Source: an uncultured virus (IMG/VR IMGVR_UViG_3300032007_000021)
Lineage: Duplodnaviria; Heunggongvirae; Uroviricota; Caudoviricetes
IMG/VR virus record: IMGVR_UViG_3300032007_000021
Length of the DNA: 64,000 nt
Reading direction: 5' to 3' (one strand)
The notes below the pieces were generated by a model. That model searched no databases. It had not been told where the DNA came from and saw only the letters and a program-made list of their open reading frames with translations. The translations under genes and the position numbers were made by a program. Shown here one piece after another: positions 37,643 through 49,970 of this stretch. Numbering within the stretch: the first letter of the stretch is position 1; the number at the start of each line of letters is the position of its first letter.

Positions 37643-39630
37643 TTTACAGGAATCCTATCTTCTATATTTTCAACGCTCTATCTCTCATTATTCTACTGAT
37701 TTTTCTATTCACTAATCTATTCTTCACTCTTATCGTTTTTCTGTTCTTCATTCTAATTTTTATTTTCCTATCCCTATCCTAAAGAATCTAACAAATCATC
37801 AACACTCATTTCAGACAAATCTTTCTACTATCCCTCATTCATCTCAGACAAATCATCATCAACTCCACCGCCATCATCATAACCACCATCCTATTCTTGA
37901 TTTGCTTTTCTGGATAATTTCTTACCTTCTGGCCCAACCATAGTATTGATAATCTGATCCACCAAATCTGTTTGCTAACTGATCTGCGAACTCAAATCAC
38001 TGTAAACACCACGAATCAAATCATTATATGTGGCATCTTTGACAGTAAACATATCTTCTTTCAATTTTTCATTAATCTAATCTTCATCTAAATTGAACAC
38101 CTCATACAAATAACCAATCGGTATTGAACCTTTTTGATATAATTGAAACAAACTGTCAAACACTTCAGCATTATCTCTAATAGTTAATCTGCTGAAACTT
38201 AATCTCGGATATATCCATATCTTGTTCCCAAACTAATCCTCTTCGTAAAAATCATTTTCTTTTGCCATTGGAAGAAACAAACTGTCTTCAACAAATCTCT
38301 GCAAAACCTATCTTGTTAACAAATATCTTGTATTTAATATTTCTATACTGATTTTTGATCCGGAATACATACCCTATCCAGTTAACAACTATTTTGTAAC
38401 ACCCAACCCGGCAAACAACTGATCGTTTATATTGTCATATTCTCTTCCCAAATCTATAAGCCTGTTCTACGCACCTATTTGTTCCCAGTTCCAATCATAG
38501 TTTGTAACAATACTATAATCAGGATTCAACATGCTCATATCAACCTGTTCTCTTAAATCATTTAACGCATCTTCTGTAATTCCAGGAGCGGAAATTTTAT
38601 TTCTTGGAGTCATATTTCTGCTGGCCAAATTTAATTGCGTATATTTATAGTGTTCCTTCATCAATAAAGGTATTAAAACACACTATAAAGGGCTAACGCC
38701 CAAATCTTCATATTCATGTTTGTTTTCCACAAAATGATAAACAAAAGAACCCATCTTATGCTATCCATCTCCACAATAAGGAGAAGTGTCCATAATCAAA
38801 GTACCATTATTTTCAACCAATTGTTTCGTAAATTCAAAAGGAACATTCTACATTACTTGCTTTTCATCCTAATCCAATCTCTATACCCATTCCTAATATT
38901 CTTCCTATGAATCTAATGGAATTGTAAATCTTTTCATCAATGAACTCAACACCTATGGTGTATATTGTATCTTACTCTAACTGCTCATAGGAAATCTTGA
39001 AACAACTATCTCTTCTGGCGGTAATATCACCAATTTCTACCATTCCTTTTCCTATTCATTCATTTGACAAAAAACAAAAGCATTTCCAATCACATTTTGT
39101 TCCAATAAAATAGCATGTAATTTTTCAAACAATTTAATCTTTTTAACCATATTCTCATATTTATATAAGATTTGCTTTCTTCTCTTTTCATCTTTCATTT
39201 TAGGCATTCTCAACAAAAGTTTACTCATCGGCAAATCTGTATGCAATCTTACTGCACTTTTAACAAAAGGATCACTTTTACTGAAATATCTATACCAACT
39301 GTATTTTTCTTTCAAAGTAACTGGCCAATATAAGATTCCACCATTATTCTCATTCATCATTGCAATATAAAGTGGTACATCTCCAAAAGCACAAGTGCCC
39401 TGACCCATATTTGCATAACTATTATTTAAATAAGTAGTATTTAATCCGGAACCGCTAAACGTATTCCAACCAAATCCAAAACCACCAAGCGCAGCGTTTC
39501 TCTTCGGATTTCTTGCCTATATTATTTTCTATTTATCAATCTTTCCAGAAACAGCATTTCCAGCAAAAACAGATTTTGTTTGCTCAACATTGTTTTTAAC
39601 TGATTTCTTTGTGTTCTTTCTATTTCTCAT
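37639..39630 (-). CDS. portal protein
   Basis: 663 aa downstream of the terminase; DPFVKSAVRLHTDLP, IGNAFVF, GLGVTK*LLTG*GMYSG. Confidence 0.75.
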
Positions 39631-39673
39631 CTTATATTCTCCTAAAATCTTTTCTTATATAAAATTATAAAGA

Positions 39674-39895
39674 TTATCTTTTCTCCGGAATATATTTTAT
39701 CTTATTTTGAACAAAAAATCTTATTGAAGAATTAAGCACTTTACCCAAAAACTATATTCTATATAAAATTTCCTTGTCTTCCTTAAACTTATCTCTCTTT
39801 TGTTGTAATTCAACAAATTTCATTTTCAAAATATCAACAGTCTTTCCAATATATTCATTCAACTATTTTATTTCCGATTCTTTGTCTTCTTTCAT
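39674..39895 (-). CDS. small hypothetical protein
   Basis: AGGAG RBS; 73 aa; ends TAA. Confidence 0.5.
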
Positions 39896-39907
39896 AAAAC
39901 ACTCCTT

Positions 39908-42133
39908 TCAATATCCTAAAATATTCTTTCTGTTAAAAAAACCATCGTGCATTTTCATCTTTTTTAAATGATAAGCCTAAACACTTTTATTGCTTAAAAC
40001 AACTCCATTACCAAAACCTATAGATGTTCCACTTTTTCTATTTTTATTATTATCATTATAACAAGACCAAACAGCTCTACAAAAAGCATCAGATATATCA
40101 TCGTGAAAACCCATAACTCTTGGTGATGCAACGGAAATCTGTCCACCATTCTTCTCTTCCTATAATGTAATCAACTATGGTATCAACACAGGATGATTAA
40201 ATAATTTCAAATATCCACCCTTGATTAACATTTTACTCAACTGAAACATTTGTGTATTCAATCCGGCAGACATTGCTTGTAATCTAAATTGTCCCAAACC
40301 TCTTTCTTTTAATGCTTCCAATAAACCATATCCATTAAACTGATCGAACCACCCATCAACAATTAGAAAATCATCACATAATTTTTTGATCTTATCGGCA
40401 ATCCCGCCAATCGGTAAAACTTCGTATCCAGTAAACTATTTTGATGTGTTTTGATAAAAACCGTTTGTAGCCTACCACACATCACTGCTACCACTGAAAA
40501 ATACATCTGCATAATCCAAAAAAATCTGCTATCCTTCTTTGTGAACAATACAAATAGCTGTTCCGTCTGTTTTTCCTCCATAATCAATGCCCATATAATA
40601 AACTTTTCCACGCTATCCAATCTTCTTACTCTGACAACTATTATCAATTATTGCCTATCTCAATTCCTATTCCGTTATCCAACAACTAATATTATCTGAA
40701 AATTGCGCTCCAAATTCACACATGAAAGATTCTTTGTTCTTCTTATATTCTGAACGTAAAAAAGCACTATCTATCATAGGATTAACCATTGCCGTGTACA
40801 TTTGATACATCAACATATTCTAATCATCTTGGAATGACTAACGATATTTGTTGTAAAACAATCCACTTTTACTAAATGGAGAACTTAACAACATTATTCT
40901 TCCCTACCCACGACCATCATGTGTAAATGATGCTATAGATGGAGTCAAAGCATTATATATCTACTATCCACTGTTCTTTACACCTTGCATAAAGAATGCC
41001 GCTTCATCAAAAATAACCACCAAATTATTTTTTCCACGCAAACTGGCACTACTTGCACCACCACACAATAATTTGACACTTGGAGATGAACCTCTCCTAA
41101 TATCATCATCAGTTTTCAGATTAAAGTAACTTTGCGTTTTATTTTCAATTCTATCTTTTAAAAAAGAACAATTCACACTTCTCGATTTTATCATATCAAA
41201 TAAAGTCGATGCTTGTTCATCTGTTGTTGCAACTGTTGTAACAGCTATCTATTGACCCAAAGGGAAACCAAAATAATCTTGTGGATTATCCATTTTCACC
41301 AAACGATATGTCTAATAATTTGCTATTACAGATGCCATCACACTATTATGTGTAACAATTTCATTTGCTATAACATGTGTTTCTCCAACTTCTATAGCTA
41401 TCGTTTCATGTAAACCTGTATTCTATATTTTTTGTATCTATTCCAAAACCACATAACCATTCTATACACAATATAAAGCATCTCCTATCTTTAAATCTTT
41501 AGCCTAAACCCATTTTGACTAACTGCAACACCAAACCAAATACGGATGATTAAATGTTGTCTATTCTGATTTTCCACCTTTTGTAACAACTTTCAAACAC
41601 TCTCTAATCCCATTCTCTTCCATTTTTATATTATACGTTTGACAAACCTAACCATATTTTAAAGTGAAAATTCCAATTCTCTAATGATTTTTATATTTAT
41701 TAAATAAATCTCCAACACTCATTATTCCTTCAGTAGTACGAATCTTTGCCGATATGTTTTGACATTTACTGCTTCTTCTTCCAAGACATAAAACCATCTA
41801 TCTTCTTCTATGACCTGGTGTGTATTCCTTCAAATTAGTTTTTCTTTCATCTATCAAATACTTCATAAAATCATCCTATGTATAAGTACCTAGAATCTTA
41901 GTATTCAAAATATCACGAACCTATATATCTTTATTTCTTTTATCAAGCTACATACCATAAAAAGTTTTTAAAATAAATTTTTGCATGGGAAACAATTTGA
42001 AATTCAATCCCCAACTTGCTGTCGCAAAAGTTATAACATCTACTGCTCCACCTTCATTCAATGTTCGTTTATATTCATCAGCAAGATTCTGAAAATAATT
42101 CGTGTTTACTTTTTGATTCTGAGATTTTGTCAT
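39908..42133 (-). CDS. terL: terminase large subunit with intein
   Basis: 741 aa; Walker A GRRSSK[intein]S, Walker B VIFDEAAF, SSP motif, nuclease MGIDYG and HDDISDA. Confidence 0.9.
41345..41764 (-). other. mini-intein (140 aa, no endonuclease)
   Basis: starts CQNISAKIRT, block B TFNHP, ends VTHN followed by Ser. Confidence 0.9.
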
Positions 42134-42690
42134 TTTAATTCACTCAACTCTTTCTTTAATTCTTTACCCCAATCCTTCATCAACTATCCCCATTTATTCA
42201 ATATAATCCTTATCATTTCGTTCTACAAACCAATCTATTTCAACGCTATCATCATCTTATCAAAACATATCTTTTGGAAAATCATAAATGCAGGACTGTT
42301 TAAATCCACATCAGCATCTTTTTGATTCAACTATCTCTTTTTCGCCAAAATATCAGCCACCATTTTCAATAAATCAGTTCTCTTAATTGAAATGGTTGTA
42401 GCATCTTTCAAATTTCCCTATTCAGTAAAAATCAAACTGTTTCCAAAAAAAGTTTCAGACTACTATAATAAGTCCTATACAATCAAATTCATCATATCAT
42501 CAGCACTCTTTGCCGATCCACCTTTTACCTTATCCAAAATGCCTTTATGCTTTTTTCTGTACTATGAAAGTAAGTATCTCCTATATTCATCTATGTTTTC
42601 TGCATTCATAGGAGATACTTTTTTTATTTCTTCATTTTTATTTTCATCATTAAACAATGATAAAGCATTTACTTTTTCTTCATCATTCAT
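42130..42690 (-). CDS. hypothetical protein (terminase small subunit candidate)
   Basis: 186 aa helical protein with ATGA overlap onto terL; function inferred from position only. Confidence 0.5.
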
Positions 42691-42712
42691 CTTACTTCTA
42701 CCTTAAATTTTT

Positions 42713-43747
42713 TCAAAAATCAAAACTATATTTATCACTTATCTATAAATCTTCTTTCGGATGAAACATATCTTCCTATACAATGACAACTTCAGGTTTA
42801 TCAAACAATTCCTAATCTACATATTCTTCATTATCAAACTAAATCTAATCTCCAATATCTTTTATTTCAATGTCCGGTTTTTCAGAAAAACTTGTATTTT
42901 GTTCAATCTCCAAATCAGAATTATCGTAAACATCAATATCCTTATCAAACTAATTCTTCTAACTCAAATCTTTTATATGAATCAATTCGTTTTGAGAAAC
43001 ATTGTCAACATTCAATTTTTCATCCTGTAAATTATAATCCGCATATTTTTTAACTTCACTTTGTTTTACAACTGTTTTCCCAAGATTCAAAAAACTTTCT
43101 TTCAAAGAAGACAAAATATTTTTACTGCTTTTTATTTCAGACGCTTTCTTGCAACTCATATCTCCATTCTTTACCATCTCATCAACAACAGAACATAAAA
43201 CACTACGAGGTATATCTTTTGTAGAATTAATTATAGGCAACCCACTTTCCTAATCCACATATTCTTTCTTAACCAATAAATTCTATTGCGACCCTAATAA
43301 ACCATCTATACTTCCATCAGCATTGCTTTTTCTTATCTTGTGAACAATCTCCTTCACATTTTTACTGTTCATTGCAAAGCGATAATATTTTTTCATTTTT
43401 GAAGAACATTTCTAATAACTAAACCCCTTGTCAAAAGCATTGCAATCCACTATCAAACTCCCCACAATTCCATCTCTTCTCTCTATATCAGAAATAAATT
43501 GATTCAATTTTTGTTTCCCAATACGATTGTTATTAGCAAACCTGTCAATTATTTTGTCCTTATGATAACCAGCCATCAACATCTTTGCTATGTTTTTCTT
43601 AATATAAGCATTGATCTATTGATCTGATTCAATATCAAATGATTTTTCCTATATCTATGGAATATCCTGCATCTACGGAGAAAACACATTTTCCATTGCA
43701 ACTTTCTATCGAATATTCATCTCATCCATATATTTTCCTATATCCAT
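42713..43747 (-). CDS. hypothetical protein
   Basis: 344 aa; contains ORF 42959..43240 in frame. Confidence 0.55.
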
Positions 43748-43759
43748 CTCTCAATCTCC

Positions 43760-44002
43760 TTACAAGTTATCCTAAGTTAAAATATCATCCTCAAATACAG
43801 GAACTAAACTTTCTCCATCATCAGATACCTTCCATAAAGCCTTTGTCGCTTTATGTATCAAAAAATCACTGTCTTTTGCCACTCTCAAAAAACGATTCCT
43901 GTTTGTTTTGTTATTGGTTAATCTGGCAATTTTTTTCTTGCCTCTTATATTATCATTAATCTATAAACTCGAATGCCAACTATAATCTTTGAAAAAATCC
44001 AT
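43760..44002 (-). CDS. small hypothetical protein
   Basis: FLRVAKDSDFLIHKATKALWKVSDDG; ends TAA. Confidence 0.55.
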
Positions 44003-44065
44003 GTTTATCTCTCCCTTATATTTATGCAACATTATATATATCCCAATATAAACATTTTATTATTT

Positions 44066-44617
44066 TCAAAAACATTTCTTTTTTATAACATTTAAATTTT
44101 CAAGAATATAGCAGAAAAACAAATACATATCAGTTTCTCCTATCTCCTTTAACTTTTCTATTGCTTTCCTTATTCTTGTTCTGCAAGTAATCTGATTCTG
44201 TCCCAATATTTTTGAAGTCTTAACCAAACTTGTACTGTAAAAAAACACCAGCAGTAATTCTCTCTCCTTTAAAGTCAATCCATTATTTTCATTAATGATA
44301 AACAAAACAAAATCATCTTGCTTCTATATCATTTTTATCACAAACTACATTTGATTCTTAATTCTATTAACATCATAACTGACTGCTGGTTGCGTCTTAT
44401 CCAATATACTCTTTATTTCATGTTGTTTTTTATTACTCAAAAAGTACAAATAAATAATATCAAGATCACTCTTACCAAACAATCGAAAATAGAGGTCTAA
44501 ATGATCCTATATCTACAAATTGGAATAATCCTATCGACTATATCCTTCCTAGATCAGTTCTTCATTCTAAAAAAAACCATGTACCACTTTTTCTTCAAAA
44601 AACTATTCTTCCATCAT
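44066..44617 (-). CDS. sigma region 4-like double HTH protein
   Basis: KKQHEIKSILDKTQPAVSY and LVKTSKILGQNQITCRTRI. Confidence 0.55.
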
Positions 44618-45102
44618 TTTTTCACCTTAATATATTTAAAAATATTTCCTTTTATCTCCAAATCTTTTGAAGAAAAAGTATAAATTATATATCCATAACA
44701 AAATTTAATCCCAACCTAAAACCTGTTCTATGTTTTATCCCTCAAAACTATTCCATATAATTTGTCAAATACCCCACCATGAATTTGTACTATATCACCA
44801 AACCCTATAACATCCCTTATGCTATATATTTTCTATTTCATCTACAAAAACTATCGCTAATCTATTTTGAAATATCCAAACTCATTTTCAAAATATTTCT
44901 AATCTTTTAATCTCTTCCATAATTTCTACATATTTTCCTATTGAACAAACACATAATAATTTATCCCAAAATATTTTTCATCCATGTTAATAAAAACTTG
45001 TTTCGCCAACTTATGATAAGTATGCCTCAATAATTCATAAACCTATTTGCGAAACACGCTCTTACCATATTTCTATTTTAATTGAATTACATACCAATCC
45101 AT
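44614..45102 (-). CDS. NusG-like transcription elongation factor
   Basis: MDWYVIQL, YYVFV, KOW motif GDIVQIHGGVFDKLYGIV. Confidence 0.65.
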
Positions 45103-45105
45103 ATA

Positions 45106-45525
45106 TCACCAAACAAATATTCTTTTTATTTTCTATAAGAAACTTGGTTTTTTCTATAATTCAACCTAACGCAAAGAAACTTGTTCCGTTTCTTTTTTAT
45201 TGTTTCCATCGTGTAATACCCACAACAATGCCGCTATCTTTGGTTCCTTACTTCCACATACACTTGGATTCTTTATATCTTCCAACATCTATTTCTAAAC
45301 ATCACTCAAATTATATTTACATTGAAAATTTTTACACCTCGTTTCTTCAAATCCATTATTGCAAATATATCTTATATATTCACCAAATTGCCCCAAATCC
45401 AAAATCTATTCTTTGCCAAAAATACAATTCTTACAACATTTCTTGAATTTTCTTTGACATCTTAAATTCAACCTGTAATTATAAACATACATTAATTGCT
45501 ATCTTATCTGTTCTTCAGTTTTCAT
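45106..45525 (-). CDS. Cys-containing hypothetical protein
   Basis: 139 aa; CCKNC; ends TGA. Confidence 0.5.
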
Positions 45526-46183
45526 TTTGCATCATCTCCAAATATATTTGTTTCTCTTTCTCTCTCACTATCCTGTTAAATATCTTCTTGCCATAACTGT
45601 CCATCGCTCTTTTTATCTATATGCCATACTCCTAACACTATCTCAAGGTTAATGGATGTCCACATTCTATTGATTTACTCACATAATCATAAATCAACAT
45701 GTCTAAATTATAACATCTTATCAGTTTTTTGAAATTAGTCCAATTGCCAAATTTTTTTCTTATTTTTTGATGACAAACCAATATACCACCATATTTTTTC
45801 ATTTTTTCTCTATAATCTCGTAATGTTCCATCCATACCTAAATTAACACATAACTTTATATAATCCTCATCCGTTCTTCCTTTCCAATACCACATCTAAT
45901 TGTCTATCTCTAAATGTCTCTTATATTCCTTCCAACTTCCAAACTAAGATAATATACCCATAAATGTAGGACAATCTTCATATATACTTGCCATTCTCCA
46001 AATATCTCTTACCACTCTTACTTTGTGTTCTTTTCCCCAATTAATCAATTCTTGTCTGGAATATTTAGGTACTATTTTCCTCCTATTCACTTTTCTCTTC
46101 GGTTTGTCTTCTAATTTTTTCTTTTTTTTAGCCCTACTACTTGGCTTTAATTTTAATATTTTTTGACTCCATAATTTTTTCAT
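45515..46183 (-). CDS. protein with FGSW/FGNW repeats (homing endonuclease-associated repeat-like)
   Basis: ORFs 45944 and 45638 joined across TAGs. Confidence 0.5.
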
Positions 46184-46200
46184 AACTGTTTCTCCAATAA

Positions 46201-46237
46201 AAAAAAGAGTTGGTTTTTTTATTTTACCAACTCTTTT
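46201..46237 (-). terminator. hairpin terminator
   Basis: aaaagagttggt/accaactctttt. Confidence 0.6.
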
Positions 46238-46243
46238 AAAAAA

Positions 46244-46684
46244 TTATTTTTCATCACTTAAAATATCTGGTAAATTAATTGCTCCAAACTATTTCCAGTC
46301 ATATCTTCCTCCAACTGCATTTAAAACCATTGAATATTCCTATATGTCTTTTCTTCTCTTACAACCATAAGTACTACTGTTTATATCTGTTCCTCCTGTC
46401 TATATTCCATATAAACCATTCATCACAGCTATCTTCTTCTGTTCTTCATTCAACATCATCCATTTCTTATTGTAAGTTAAAAAATAAAAAGCATAATTTA
46501 TATCCAGATTATAAGGAAATGAGATGTTTTTCAACTCTATTATATTCCTGTTTTTCTTATTTTTTATTCGAATAAAATGTATCTTACTCAAATCTATTCC
46601 AGAAAATAATTCCTGATATTTTTCAACAATTTCTTCCGCCAGTTTTTTCACTTCTTCATCTGTAAAACATTCTGTCTTTTTCAT
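46244..46684 (-). CDS. phage metallopeptidase-like protein (HExxH absent)
   Basis: IDLSKIHF, WMMLNEEQKKIAV, KDI*EY. Confidence 0.45.
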
Positions 46685-47125
46685 CTTTATTATCTTCCTT
46701 TCTTTGTTCAATTTTTCAAAAAAGTTACAAAAAAAAATATATTTCTTTCTATTTCTAATAAGAGAACCGATTAGAAACACGTTAGTGTTTCTGTAAATAG
46801 AAATAGAAAGATATTCGCATCGCACAAGCTCTTGTTAAGAAATAATCGTCATCTATTGAAAAATGAAGGTGATTTTTGGCTTACTTTAGTTCTCATCTGT
46901 TGAGAACGACTAAGGACTTTTTTTAGCCTCGGACATTGGTCTTGGATTGATTTGGCATGTTGTTTGTTTTGGTCAAAATACACTTGCGCGTCAGATAAAC
47001 ATTGTTGTAATTCTTGTAGATAATTCTGTAGATATTGTAATTCATTAGTTTTTCTTGCAAGAAATGAATTGTATCTTTTGAGAAACGCTTCTATCCGTTA
47101 CATAAAAATTAACAAAATCTACCAA

Positions 47126-48748
47126 TCAAGTAGAAGGATTAATTTCTTTATCTTTTTCAAGATTGTAACGGAACGATAATAAAACTTCTTTTACCTTTTC
47201 TCTTTTGAGTTTTTTAGGTTCAAAAGTTCCATTATCAAGTTTACTGTTTTTTAAAAGTTCATTTCTTAACACTGTCGAAACTACTCTTTCTTTTATGTTT
47301 TCAGAAGCATTTATATCAGCATTAGCTATATATCCACATTCTATACATTCAAATTCCTCTTGACTTTTTCTATTTTCAGAATCTATACATCCGCATTTAG
47401 GGCAAGTCTGAGAAGTATAGCAACTATGTACTAAACTAACCGCTATTACATATTTTCTTGCTATGTGTTCAAATTCATCTTTCAGTGAAGATAATTTAAG
47501 CAATTTAATTCTTCTATTATAATTCAAATCGTTTTCATCTTTACAAAAACATTTTTCTTCAAATCCCGTCAGATTTTCAAATATGGCATGGTCAATTCCT
47601 TGAGAGTTAAATCTTTTACACAACTTAACAATTTCTTCTCTAATTTTAGAATGTAATTCTCTTTCTAAATGTTTTATCTTATGGCTTCTTCTTTTTCCAA
47701 TTTCATAATCTTTATTTCTTTTCTTACATTTGTCTATCTTCAAAAGTTCCTTACTTAATGTTTCTACCAACTTTCTATCATAATCAATAGTGTCACCATT
47801 GTTGCATTGAAATAAATTATGTTTACTGTTTATATCTATTCCAACAAAATTACTTTTGTTTTCCGGCATTTCTCTATTATCAGCATAACTTAATATCATT
47901 CTAATTTGATTATTTTCTTCTAAACATAAAGTATATGATGTATCAGTGCTGTTAGTATATCTTTTCATATCTTTATAAAAATCTTTTGAATATTTGACCG
48001 GAATTGTTAATTTCTTTCTGTTGTTTATACTCCAAGAAACATTGATAAATGCTTTAATACATGAATTAAAGTTTTCGTTGTAAGAAACAATATCAGAAGT
48101 CAATCTACTTCTTCCTCTAAATGTTAAAGAAGTGAAGTTTATAGGATATTTAGAATAATGTTTAATTACTCTTTCTCTCCTTGAAAGAGCAAGTTTCATC
48201 AATCTTCCAAATCCATATTTATATATATGGTCTAAAATTGTAGCATAGAATTTTTCTTTCTTTTCATCAGTTTCTTTTACAAATTTTTCAAGTAAATAAG
48301 GAATTATATTCTCATTTCCATATCTTGCTAAATAGGTTAAAGTAGCACTTAATTCAGTAGTTTTAGTTTTCTTACTTATTCCCTTAAAGTCGCCAATCTT
48401 ATGATTTTTAGTTTTTCTCTTGTAAAGAAGAATTTGATAATCACAAATTTGCTCAAATTTCAGTTTTCTATTTATACCATCAAACTTGTTTTGATATGCA
48501 ATATAAATATCATCAAGTAACTGCTTTACAAAATTTGAATGTACTTTATTTTTAATTTCTTGAAGCAAGTATTTTTGAAACTCAAATTTACTCATATCAA
48601 GATAAAAAAGTAAGTTTGAGTTTACTTCTTTTGAAATTTCATTTTTGATTTTATTCAAGTAAACAGCAAAAACATAGATTTCCTGATATTTCGTATCACT
48701 CAACCTATCACTATAAAAACTTTTACTGTATCTACTTTGTATTTTCAT
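47126..48748 (-). CDS. tnpB: large TnpB (540 aa)
   Basis: VGIDIN, IFENL, CPKCG/CIECG, NADINAS. Confidence 0.85.
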   Translation of the reverse strand: MKIQSRYSKSFYSDRLSDTKYQEIYVFAVYLNKIKNEISKEVNSNLLFYLDMSKFEFQKYLLQEIKNKVHSNFVKQLLDDIYIAYQNKFDGINRKLKFEQICDYQILLYKRKTKNHKIGDFKGISKKTKTTELSATLTYLARYGNENIIPYLLEKFVKETDEKKEKFYATILDHIYKYGFGRLMKLALSRRERVIKHYSKYPINFTSLTFRGRSRLTSDIVSYNENFNSCIKAFINVSWSINNRKKLTIPVKYSKDFYKDMKRYTNSTDTSYTLCLEENNQIRMILSYADNREMPENKSNFVGIDINSKHNLFQCNNGDTIDYDRKLVETLSKELLKIDKCKKRNKDYEIGKRRSHKIKHLERELHSKIREEIVKLCKRFNSQGIDHAIFENLTGFEEKCFCKDENDLNYNRRIKLLKLSSLKDEFEHIARKYVIAVSLVHSCYTSQTCPKCGCIDSENRKSQEEFECIECGYIANADINASENIKERVVSTVLRNELLKNSKLDNGTFEPKKLKREKVKEVLLSFRYNLEKDKEINPST

Positions 48749-49377
48749 TTTGTTTCTTGTTTCTTCCTATATTCTTTAGATTGTCTTTTTCTTCTACTAT
48801 GTAATTTCGCTGTAAAACTTGTCATTAAACTCATTACATCTTCCACAAGTTCTGCTTCAAATGATTTCGGCAAGGTTTCTTCTACACATTCAATTTCAAC
48901 TCCATAAGAATTAAAAAACACTTTTATACAATCAAATCCAAATCTTACTAATCTATCCTTATGTTCAACTACCACTTTGTTGATTTCACGATTGATTACA
49001 AGTTGATATAATTTATCCAATTTAGGACGATTATATTTCATTCCTGAACAACAATCATCTAATATATATCCAATTTTATATCCTTTAGATACACAATATT
49101 CCATTACTCTAGTTTTTTGTCTATCCAAATCACCGTGTTGCTTTTGGTCATTACTGCTTACTCTTGTATATATTGCAACTACATCTTTATTCAAATTTTC
49201 ATTTTCAACTTCTTTACCTTGTAAAGATAAAATTTCAGATAAAAGATATTTACGATGTTTACCAATAGTTTTACTACATTTTATCTTTCCACTATCAGTC
49301 CATCTTCTTAAAGTATTATGATGCACTCCAAGCATTTCGCTTGCTTTTGATATTGAAATAAATTTATCTTGATTCAT
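48745..49377 (-). CDS. tnpA: IS607 serine recombinase TnpA
   Basis: MerR-like HTH (LGVHHNTLRRW), YTRVSS, EHKDRLVRFG. Confidence 0.9.
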   Translation of the reverse strand: MNQDKFISISKASEMLGVHHNTLRRWTDSGKIKCSKTIGKHRKYLLSEILSLQGKEVENENLNKDVVAIYTRVSSNDQKQHGDLDRQKTRVMEYCVSKGYKIGYILDDCCSGMKYNRPKLDKLYQLVINREINKVVVEHKDRLVRFGFDCIKVFFNSYGVEIECVEETLPKSFEAELVEDVMSLMTSFTAKLHSRRKRQSKEYRKKQETK

Positions 49378-49555
49378 TTTCTGATTCTTCCAAAATTTTA
49401 TTCATATTATCACAGCACTTATCATATACTTTTTGAAATTCTTCCAATGTAGGAACTTCATCAAGTGGTTCTATATGTTCAAAAACTTGACCATTTTCAA
49501 GTTCAAATTCATATTTATCTACTCTAACAACTTTCATTTTTTTAACTTTTTCCAT
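49364..49555 (-). CDS. small acidic ORF inside IS607 element 2
   Basis: AAGGA RBS; overlaps the tnpA start. Confidence 0.55.
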   Translation of the reverse strand: MEKVKKMKVVRVDKYEFELENGQVFEHIEPLDEVPTLEEFQKVYDKCCDNMNKILEESENESR

Positions 49556-49970
49556 CTTTTTTATTCCTTATAAAAGTTTATTCTTTTATAAGTTTCTACT
49601 ATTAGAAAAATATAAAAGAAAAGTTAATTTTTGTTAGTTTTTGTGTGTTTTGATTAACATTTTATTATACTGTTAAAATCCCATTAACTGTAACTGATTC
49701 AAAATTTATTGAAATTACTTGTGCAATATTGTTTGTTGAAAAATCTCTTGAAAGTTGGGAAAGTTCAGTTATCAGTTTATTTTCTTCTGATGATTGCCCG
49801 ATTAACTATTTTGCCGACTTCAAGACTTCATTTGCAATTTTCATATTATTATTCATAGTCATATCTCCTTTTTTTTAACAAAGTATGTTTTTTTATATTA
49901 TGCATAAAATATTTAGATGTTGTGTAATAAGCAAACGGCTATCTATCCTCATAGGGAACAGAGCCTCAAA

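Larger units (their letters stand above)
47099..49667 (-). mobile_element. IS607-family element 2 (small ORF + tnpA + large tnpB)
   Basis: GTA shared at both junctions; removal restores an ORF. Confidence 0.8.
46849..49862 (-). pseudogene. KIAKE-leader gene split by IS607 element 2
   Basis: MTMNNNMKIANEVLK...GILTV (49862-49668) joins TDRSVSQK...FFNR (47098-46849). Confidence 0.6.

Noticed and set aside
47126..48748. Cas12 effector
   Set aside because: No array or cas genes; coupled to IS607 tnpA with definable IS ends
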